A stretch of DNA of 63,998 nt, counting the filler, from Porpidia crustulata (Eukaryota), in NCBI GenBank assembly GCA_964255105.1. It is 6 parts of 6 records of this genome, joined end to end, with 100 filler letters (N's around TTAATTAATTAA, not from the genome) between each part and the next. Parts side by side here need not be neighbours in the genome. Positions count along the whole stretch, not along the records: positions 53,829 to 63,998 come from CAXUWE010000820.1; 5 more parts are not named here. One strand, given 5' to 3'. Of this stretch, positions 55,070-63,998 are shown piece by piece. Made by a program: the position numbers and the translations under genes. Numbering within the stretch: position 1 is the first letter of the stretch; each line of letters begins with the position of its first letter. The notes under the pieces were generated by a model. That model saw only the letters and a program-made list of their open reading frames with translations, was not told where the DNA came from and made no database searches.

Positions 55070-56031
55070 CTACTCAATCACGTCCTGAAATGTGCCCGTC
55101 ATGGAATTGCAGAAAGACCCAGGAGGTGCTGATATTTCAGATACTTTCTTGACCTTATCCTCATACACATTTCCATCGGTTGTGGAACAGCACGCCTGCG
55201 AGACATAGGTGCAGTTGCAGGCGCACGGGAACGGGCCCGAAGCATCCGTTAAGGGTGGAGGAGTTGGAGGAGCCGAGCTTGATCCATTGGGTGTGATGGT
55301 ACCATTGGCTTCGGATAAGCACCGTCCGCGCTGGCATTGGGTGTCTAGAGCAGATGAGACCGCGCTTGAAACCGCATTTGCAAACCATGCACAGGTACCA
55401 GGCTGTGATTTGGTTTGGCCCACCGGGGGCTTCGATACTTTGCATACATAATTGTCTCCAGCGCAGTCATTCCAGGATGCGCAAGGAGCACCTGGTGGTT
55501 GCTGCTTGATGGAGTGGCGATGATGGGCAGGTGGAGCAACCACACCATTATTAGGCGTTTGGTAATTAATCGCGACATTTGGATGCAATGCGGTATCCTC
55601 GATGGGAATCATGTTCTCCTGATTGTTGAAGCAATAACACCATTCGGTTTTGCATTGCTGAGCATAGAAGTAGAGAGGTGAGCCAAATGGCCAACAAGTC
55701 ACATGGTCAGACATTCCACAAGCACACCCTGCAGCCTCACATAGTTTTGTGAGCTGTTGCGCTGGCGGATAAGAGGTGATTCTTGATCTGATTGTTGCAG
55801 GGTTGACCCCTAAGTCTGAAAGACCGGGCGGTAAATTGCCATGACAAGTCAGTATCTGATACTATTAGTACGTATACGTAGAGATATTTGAGACCACAGG
55901 CCTACAAAATCGCGCTTAACTAACGATAGCTCTGGCATAGGTGATACATTGACTGGGGAGCCCAAAGTTAACTTCACAAGGTAAATGACGGATAAAAGCC
56001 AGGTAGGAGATAGAGATGGTAGAAATAGCAT
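55070..56031 (-). CDS. Secreted cysteine-rich protein (20 Cys)
   Basis: Signal peptide plus Kex2-like LVKR; intron 55905-55856 joins KRDF|ILTCHG in frame with ORF 55714-55070; CACNCTYVSQACC motif. Confidence 0.8.
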
Positions 56032-57036
56032 GCTTCATAGATCAGTATCGAAAGTAAATGCTTTGCTGAATAGGCGGATGCGGAGAAATATGTGTGGGAA
56101 GGGGAAATATAAGTATTGCAGCGCCGACGAGCAAAACGCACGATGTGCCCTTGTATTCCGCCTCGATGTGGAGTCTCCCATGTTTGCCGCGATAGGGAAG
56201 TTTGGCGTTAAGCGTAGTAGAAGACCTAGATGTTGATCAACCAATCATAGTAAGGATTTATATGTCAAAGCGCTAGAACATAGCAGGAAACAGGCATAAG
56301 GCGATGTAAGGCACCAGGAAGGGAGAGATAGGAGTTGCAAACCACCAAGACTCGTTTATCAATGAAACGATGGATTCACGACGGAGGTTGAGCAAGCCCT
56401 CGGACAATATGCGACAAGCGATCACCGATGCATTCAGAAATAGCCCGCGAATCAGCCTCAAGTGGGCATTGATGATCGATCTTAGTGCCACCAAGAGCAA
56501 ATATGCCGTGACGAGTCGAATTGCTTGAATCGCAAGCTCTGGCAGAAGGCAACCTTCAGTCAGGCTGCTTGGTACACGCCGACCGCTACGACCAACCAAA
56601 GGTCATCGTATGATGGTCAACGGTATGACTTGCAGTGAGGCAGCAGCGTACTTATCGAGTCTGTTTTGTGTCACATGTTTGGGCGCATTTTGACAGCGAT
56701 TCAATCTTGGTCAACTGAAAACGACAGGATAAATGGGGCCAAGGGTCGCTCAAGTCAAAGATTTTCTGGGAGCACAAAAATCCCGACTAAGTTCTCTTGC
56801 GACTATCGCGAAAGATTGAGATCGTCAAAACCAAGGAAAGGTATTCTGCTCCGTGAGTAGTGGGCAAGAATCAGCGCACATGGACGTCGTTATGTGCCCT
56901 ATCTGGGCACTTGGGGTCTGTGATGATAGGGCGAGAGGGAATTTTCTGATCTGCACGAAAGTGTTTATTACAACATTAAATACAATAGTGGTCTCAATAG
57001 CGTAACGGAGGTTGGATCATCCCGGTATCATACTCT

Positions 57037-57442
57037 TTTTTTTGTTATGTCAGGTTTATTGTCCTTATGCAAGCTAGGCTTATGAAAGACACACGACTAG
57101 TTACATTAAACACGCTTAATTGTGGGACGATTTTCTCGTAGGCCGAATTCTCGCTTAGCAAGTTCTCGAGACATAGCATCACTGCCGATACTGAGTTTCA
57201 CAGTTCCCTCCACCCTTACTAATTCTTAAGGAAAATGTATAAAACCCTAAGAACCCCGATATTTCCACAGCAGCTTAGTATAGCTAGCAGAAGCCTCCTT
57301 CTTGGCAGCACCGTGTGACAGAGGTGGGATTCGAACCCACGAGCTTCGCGTTTCTCTAGCGGGGGCCGCCCTCCCCTAGCGCCTAGAGTATTAACTAGCC
57401 CTTCCAGAATGATGCACTACCAACTGCACCACTCCCCCGTCT
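57037..57442 (-). mobile_element. tRNA-derived SINE-like retroposon with 13-bp TSD
   Basis: GGTATCATACTCT at 57024-57036 and 57443-57455; tRNA head at 5' end; AATAAA plus A8 tail at 3' end. Confidence 0.85.
57316..57441 (-). ncRNA. tRNA-like head (pseudo-tRNA) with A box, B box and 50-nt intron-like insert
   Basis: A box TGGTGCAGTTGG 57431-57420; T arm GTGGG-TTCGAAT-CCCAC; nominal anticodon GGA; mismatched anticodon stem. Confidence 0.8.
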
Positions 57443-57711
57443 GGTATCATACTCTAAAGTGCAGGAGCGTGAGGAGTTCGTCATACTCTACAGCCTGCCC
57501 TATTCGTACGGAACAAGCTAGGCAGGTGTCTGCTTCCGTCATCCTCCAACTTGGTCAGGTATTCTATTTTCATTCTTTAGATTCCTATTCCCTATTCGGA
57601 CAGTCGTTATCTTTACTTCCAGCCCATTGCTAGGTACCTCTTGCCTCCCTCACATCAATTGTACCTTTACTGGGCGTTAAGGTAGCGGGGCACCCGCGGT
57701 GAAGTCTTAAA

Positions 57712-59355
57712 ATGGTGCTCGACAATGATACTAGAGGATGGATCATGTCCTGCGTAAGCGGCATAGGTAAGCTTTGAATCGATGTATTGGTAGGGTCTAG
57801 ATCCTAATTGCCTTCTAGCTTGTGTGGTGGGCTCGAGTATCATCTGCGTGGACCTCATCATACGGCGTATCCCCGGGAAACGCAACTTCAGAATCCAAGA
57901 TAGCAATGTGTTTCTGTCGTCTTCGCTCAGTCTAAGTTTTGGTGTCATGGTAAGGCCAGATGCCACAAGGTATGAAGCCTACTAATTGGTTCTGGTGGGT
58001 AGCTGTTCTCGTCACTATACAGCATTCTACCCTCGGCGAAAGACTATCTCACCAAGAGCGGCTTCTCTTCCCAAACAGCTGCTTACATTACCACTGGATG
58101 TTTCATTGGTGGTGTAATAGGCATCCAAGCTATTTCACGCCTATTACATCACTATATACCTTCCCACGTGGTTGACTGCGATCACACTCATGACGAGCAA
58201 GACGGAGACAACAGCGATGAGCATTCGCACGAGCATTATAATGGTCACTCGCATCAGCGACACGAATCATTCTCAGAAGATACGCCTTTGCTCTCTAGAG
58301 AATATCCTGATTTGAAGCCAAGCCTTGGACAACGGTCGAGATCCGAAACAGTTGAGACTGCTCCTTCCTTGATTCGAAGACCAACCCTGAAAACCCGTCT
58401 GACAGCTCAGGTATCGACTCTTGTGTCGGGCGCCAAATCAGCTTGTGATGAGGGTGGGCCTTGTTATGGTTACAGTGATCCATGCGGGCAGGAATGCCTG
58501 AAAGCGATTAGTCGGAGCCCGACAAGGATATCAGGCAGGCAGGCATTCCCTGCACCACCACGGCAAAAGTCGCTTCTCCGTACTTCGACCGTGCCATATC
58601 CTCGCGCTGCTCAGCGTCCTCTTGAAGGCCTAGGCGAGGAACCCTCCCCGCTTGATCAAGATACCATCGATTCTAGAAGGCCTAGTAATCGAATACCAGG
58701 GGCTTCAAAGGCTATGCCTCGTGGCAGAGAAGCTGCCCCCATACATTCCCATTTCCAGCCTAGATCTGAATATTCTCACGATAACCTTGAGAGTGGCCGG
58801 AAACGCGGATTCTCTTCTGAATCAGATGGCGGTCCCCCAAATGAACCCGCGCAAGCCCACCACCATCATGTCCCTACTAACGCCTTTCTGTCGATTGGAC
58901 TCCAAACATCCATTGCGATTGCTTTGCATAAATTACCAGAGGGCTTCATAACCTATGCCACAAATCATGCCAACCCATCATTGGGCTTCACTGTGTTCGT
59001 AGCACTCTTTATCCACAACATCACCGAAGGTTTCGCCATGGCCCTTCCGCTCTACCTTGCAATAGGCAGCAGGTGGAAAGCGATGTTCTGGAGTTCGCTA
59101 CTAGGGGGCGTCAGCCAACCGCTAGGCGCTGGTGCCGCGGCCTTGTGGTTCAGGCTCGCTGGAAAGGGCGACATGACTCCTGGGGAAACCGTCTATGGTT
59201 GCATGTTTGCGATCACGGCAGGTATCATGGCTAGCGTTGCGTTGCAGTTATTCTCCGAGAGCTTGGGCCTGACGCACAACCGCAATATATGTATTACTTT
59301 TGCCTTTATTGGGATGGGGGTTCTGAGCTTGAGTTTTGCGTTGACTGCGGGCTGA
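57712..59355 (+). CDS. ZIP-family zinc transporter (Zrt3-like)
   Basis: SLSFGVM|LFSSLY, His-rich loops, IALHKLPEG and FIHNITEG signatures; two introns. Confidence 0.93.
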
Positions 59356-59850
59356 GCGAGTGGTGTCGGGATTCACGTTGCATCGACTATAGATACCCTT
59401 TAGACCCTTACGAATCTCGTTTCTCGACTCTACGGCGCGCCATGGGTTGGTTCGGCTCTCCAACCGGACCATTCGTCAAATCCGGGCGTTTTGGGGCCTG
59501 TATTTTGTAAAATATACCATAAGCGCACTATAGAAGATTGATAGATTGATAATGAGAACTCAATCAGACCCCGTCGACGCTACTGACGACGTACCCAAAC
59601 TTCCTAGATAGTATCAAAAGCAGATTATATCTGGTGCATGAAACCCCGTTTATATAGCTTTCATCCTCACTCATCATGACCATGCAAGGCCGACAACACG
59701 TAAAGCGACTTATCGACCCAGTCAACACGATTTTCTGGCGATGTTGTACGTACTTTAATCCATCGACCTGTCGCCACACCGTTATCGACACCTCCGGACA
59801 CCTCCGGCCACCACCGCCACAACAACCACCCACACATCCATAGCCTGCCC

Positions 59851-60042
59851 ATGGAAGAGTACTTGATCAACTCGTGCGTGGCCATCTTCTACTGCTGCCA
59901 GTGCGGTTACCCGACCGCCGTCTTCCTCGGGGACGATCTCGCCCTGGGTTGTGGGTTTTGCCCTCACACCCATAATTCGAGCTGCCCCGGGTGCAGCTGG
60001 TACGTCTTCGTGGAGCTGCCGCCGGCCCCAGCACCAATGTGA
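59851..60042 (+). CDS. Small Cys-rich putative zinc-ribbon protein (63 aa)
   Basis: YCCQCG...CGFCPH...CPGC; strongly GC3-biased codons. Confidence 0.55.
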   Translation: MEEYLINSCVAIFYCCQCGYPTAVFLGDDLALGCGFCPHTHNSSCPGCSWYVFVELPPAPAPM

Positions 60043-61594
60043 GCCGGTCTGCTGGAGTCGCGCAGTCGATGGGCTGATGGTGGATACAGTGGGGAGGCCA
60101 GTGGCGGTTCAGGAGCAGCTGCTGGAGGGTCGGGAGATCGTTGACCTCAGAGAGGTGAGGTATGGTTTTTCTTTTGTGTTTTTTTGAGATTATGGTAGAG
60201 TGATGTGGGTGTTCTGTTTGTGAGTATGTGTGGATATAAGCACACAGTTCGAAGTGATGAAGACGTGAACTCATGGATCGAATAGAGATCTCATGAAATT
60301 CTGCGATGGGATTCTCCTTCTCGTCATCTCGTCATCATGAACCTAGCTTTCTTTGATATGGACGTTTTGCTCGTTATCGTCTCATTCCGTGATCATTGTG
60401 GGTAAGATCAATCGCTGAGTCTTCTCATTTCCCCTCGTTGTCCTGTTAGCTCAGGGGTTCATTCTTCCTGATGCCTGTTCCAATATTACTGGTTGAGGGT
60501 CATGGTACTTATTATCATTCAGACCAGCCTTCAAGCTTGTCGTAGCTGGCAGTCGTGCAACCCGTCGTTCTTCTTGATGATCCAATCAATGTTTGTGTCA
60601 ACCTTGTTAGTCACTTTTCATTCAGTCCCACTACATAATAACGATAGGATCCATAGCTTTTGATCGTCTCTATCAGCTAATGGATCTGGCTTTCCTATTT
60701 TCTACATTGTTCCACAAAGTTTTAGTCTACACTTCTGCAGAAGTTTGTTTTAAATACATTTTCTTGAGTTCTTTGAGTAGCCTGCGATATCTTTCAGTCA
60801 AGTCTCGCCCCGATTCTTTTGTAGATTTCCATGGTTTGGCGCGACCGCAGACGTGGTCGGCTTGTGTCTCATGGTGAGACGTCTTCTTGTGGAGAAATAT
60901 TCTCAGACATGCACCAACACTACTTGTGCATGTCAGGTTTCATAAGTGTCACGGCTGTTGCTAGCTCTACAGGCTCAATGTTTTCATGGGATAATGTACG
61001 AGTAGACGTTGGAATGTTGATATCGGATTAATAGTCGGGCCGGCCAGCACAAGCCCCGAAAGCAGTCCCTAGCGTTGGACTATTTGGACTACTGCGACTA
61101 ACGATTCTTTACATGCGCAGTGCGATCGTTGGCGTCCTCCTTCCCCACCAGGAGGAGCTCTCGAAGCTTCACCAAAGCTGACCTGCGTCTGTCCTTCATC
61201 CACCAACTCGTATCTCTTTTTCTCCGTGCCATTGTCTGTACTGTCTTTCTTATTTCTCTGATTTTGGCTGTTCTCAGACTGACGTGCTTTGACCAAAGTA
61301 GGTAGACCACACGGTTGTTCGCAAGGGTTTCCGCTCCCGCACAAGCTTTCCAATCAGCGCTTTAGACTGACTGAGGACAGTCTTGCCAAGTGCATCTGGG
61401 ACGAGTACAAGCATAATTGAAGATACTCAACCACGATATCCTACTGCCGAGAAGTAACAGACCGCTTGACATCCGCATAACCTCATATCGTCGCTATTGC
61501 CGTTCAGCAGATCACCCCTACCATTCTGTACTCAAAGTCGCCATCCCTGTTCCCCCGTTAAATCCGCCGTCACAAAAGCCTCCCCAAAGTTCTC

Positions 61595-63160
61595 ATGCCG
61601 ACATTAGGGCTTTGGAAGAAGAAGAGGACCAAGGACTCGGGCCACAAGGACCCAAACTCCCCGTCTTCGCCAATTGGCAATTCTCCAATTACACCTACGA
61701 CGACTGGCGGGTTCCAAGAATCGCTTGCGTCCACATCTTCCCACACTTTGTCATCGCAATCCCAAAATAGTTCCTCAAAGGGCGCACAACGACCACCGTC
61801 GTCAGGGGTACCTCACCAGCAACCCGCGTCATCCACACTTCGCAGCCCTGGCCATGATCCGCTAGTAAATACTTCACAGCAAGACGCGCCAAAGACAACC
61901 AACGCGATCAGCTCACCCCAAAACGAAGAGCCTTCGAATATGGAGAATTCAGGCATTGGATTGGGAGTGGCAGCAAACCCGGACGCAAGGATCACAAACA
62001 CTCAACCGCGCACCACGAAAGGCAAGTATTCGCTGACAGACTTTGCATTGCAGCGGACACTGGGCACTGGGAGCTTCGGGAGAGTCCATCTGGTTCAATC
62101 TAAGCATAACCAACGCTTCTATGCGATAAAGGTATTGAAAAAGGCGCAAGTGGTCAGAATGAAGCAGGTGGAGCATACGAATGACGAGCGGCGAATGCTG
62201 CAGAAGGTCAAGCACGCTTTTCTAGTCACATTGTGGGGAACTTTTCAAGATTCTAAAAACTTATATATGGTCATGGATTTCATCGAGGGTGGAGAGCTAT
62301 TCAGTCTTTTACGAAAGTCGCAGGTCAGTGGCATTGGATTTCATGATTGTTACTATCAATTTTACACCATCTTTGAGTACAAGGACTCACTAGAGACATA
62401 GCGTTTCCCGAACCCAGTTGCCAAATTCTATGCGGCAGAGGTCACACTGGCGCTTGACTACTTGCACTCGATGCACATTATTTACCGAGATCTTAAGCCC
62501 GAGAACCTTTTACTGGACAGACACGGTCATTTGAAGATCACGGATTTCGGGTTTGCCAAAGAGGTACCGGACATTACATGGACGCTCTGTGGCACGCCAG
62601 ATTATCTAGCACCTGAAGTGGTGAATTCCAAAGGCTACAACAAGTCAGTAGACTGGTAAGTGCATCAAACGTGCCATTTCCTCGAAATCAGGTTCATTGT
62701 GGACTAGGTGGTCACTTGGCATCCTGATCTTTGAGATGCTCTGCGGCTTCACCCCGTTCTGGGACGGCGGCTCTCCCATGAAGATCTACGAGAATATCCT
62801 CAAGGGGCGTGTAAGGTACCCACCTTATATTCACCCCGACGCTCAAGATCTACTTCAACGGCTCATAACGCCGGATCTAACAAAGCGATTGGGAAATCTT
62901 CACGGAGGATCCAAAGATGTCATGCAACATGCGTGGTTCACAGAAGTTACATGGGAAAGATTGGCGAGAAAAGACATTGACGCGCCCTACGTACCTCCAG
63001 TACAAGGAGGTATTGGGGATGCCAGTCAGTTCGACAATTACCCAGAAGAAACAGAAGCGTATGGTGAACGAGGACCAGATCCGTAAGTAATTTTACGACA
63101 TTTTGCGCAATCGTCTACTCATTATGCAACAGACATGGACACCATTTCCGCGACTTCTGA
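61595..63160 (+). CDS. pkaA: cAMP-dependent protein kinase catalytic subunit
   Basis: [37 protein letters not shown]-terminal FRDF*; three introns. Confidence 0.96.
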
Positions 63161-63747
63161 GCAGTATTTTGGCAGCTCTTTCCGCCAAAGCTTTAATGTT
63201 CACTGACAATGAATGATGATGAAGATGAAAGGATTGGACAAAAAAGCCGGCTAAGGAGTGAGCTGTGGGTGGTGGACAACAGCACCGATGCAATTTCTCC
63301 CTCCAGCGTATTACCCAAGATGTAATTACCTTGATGGCGCGCGTCTTTTTCTCAATCGATGCCGTCGCATCCGCAAGACCCTAAACGCTCTTCGTCTCAC
63401 TTTTCGAATTGATACTCTCGAATATGCGCATGCTTTATCTAAGGTATCAATTACACTCCAGCAATGTACTTGAAGCAACTCGTGAAAATCGAATGATGCA
63501 GCAATCCAACCGTGGACCAAAGTTTACATGTTTTGCATCAAGGTGCTATCAGTGAATCTGCTGTGGGAAGAAACGCCAGCGCCTACTTATTGAAGTGATC
63601 TTATGCATTTCCCCGGCGATTTTTCGTCGCGACAATTTGTAGCCGTTCTAATCATGTTCTAGTTATTCAACGCTTCAAAACGCTGGAGCGATTCGCTATA
63701 CAATTCCGTGCTCAGGGTATCATTGAAATTCATCCGCTTCATCGCAC

Positions 63748-63998
63748 TCATCTTGAATGGCTCCCCTTGCTTTCAGACCACATCCTATCGACGACTTGGA
63801 ACACAGCGGTAATCGCCTTCATCGTCCCCTCATCAATCTCCACCCCTCCTGCCCGCTGTAACATCTTGTCTGGATGCCACCTCACTCGATCCTTTTTCAG
63901 CGTATCGCCCAAATTCTCAGGTGCGTTTCGAAAGAATCTCTCAACCTCCTCCTTTGCGACATCCTCCCACCTCCCACTTTCTACCGGCCATGGAATCC
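63748..63998 (-). CDS. 3' end of an NFKBIL1-like / J-domain-like HPD protein
   Basis: IPWPVESG...LKKDRVRWHPDKMLQR...ITAVFQVVDRMW...* open from the window edge. Confidence 0.7.
   Translation of the reverse strand, partial: IPWPVESGRWEDVAKEEVERFFRNAPENLGDTLKKDRVRWHPDKMLQRAGGVEIDEGTMKAITAVFQVVDRMWSESKGSHSR

Noticed and set aside
57316..57441. Functional tRNA-Ser(GGA) or a recoding tRNA
   Set aside because: Short variable arm, mismatched anticodon stem, bulged acceptor stem, and it lies inside a TSD-flanked A-tailed element

Overview
Fungal (Pezizomycotina; possibly lichen-forming, which is only an inference) nuclear DNA with intron-containing genes. The window is not one locus. It holds six contigs joined by artificial 100-nt linkers (N44-TTAATTAATTAA-N44) in descending size order (>=10671, 10667, 10666, 10664, 10660, >=10170 bp), so neighbourhoods only mean something inside a contig. 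Recognisable genes: RING-PH-vWA (Far1/Ste5-type architecture) protein, glutathione reductase, DHA1 MFS transporter, CPA-type cation/H+ antiporter, MDM12, GFA/Mss4-like protein, TRI101-like O-acetyltransferase, endopolyphosphatase PPN1, GGQ peptidyl-tRNA hydrolase, LrgAB-like membrane protein, a secreted GPI-type protein, ZIP zinc transporter and PKA catalytic subunit, plus several pseudogenes and hypothetical proteins. The most notable non-genic signal is a full-length ~406-bp tRNA-derived SINE-like retroposon (57037-57442, minus strand). It has a perfect 13-bp target-site duplication, A/B boxes, an A-tail and a head that still carries a 50-nt structured intron at the canonical tRNA 37/38 position. 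Also notable: an 85-bp TA-flanked perfect 21-bp inverted repeat with a telomeric TTAGGG tract in its loop, a head-to-head AAA-ATPase pseudogene / P-loop-less NACHT-like gene pair, and three inferred GC-AG introns. All family calls come from motif recognition, not database searches.
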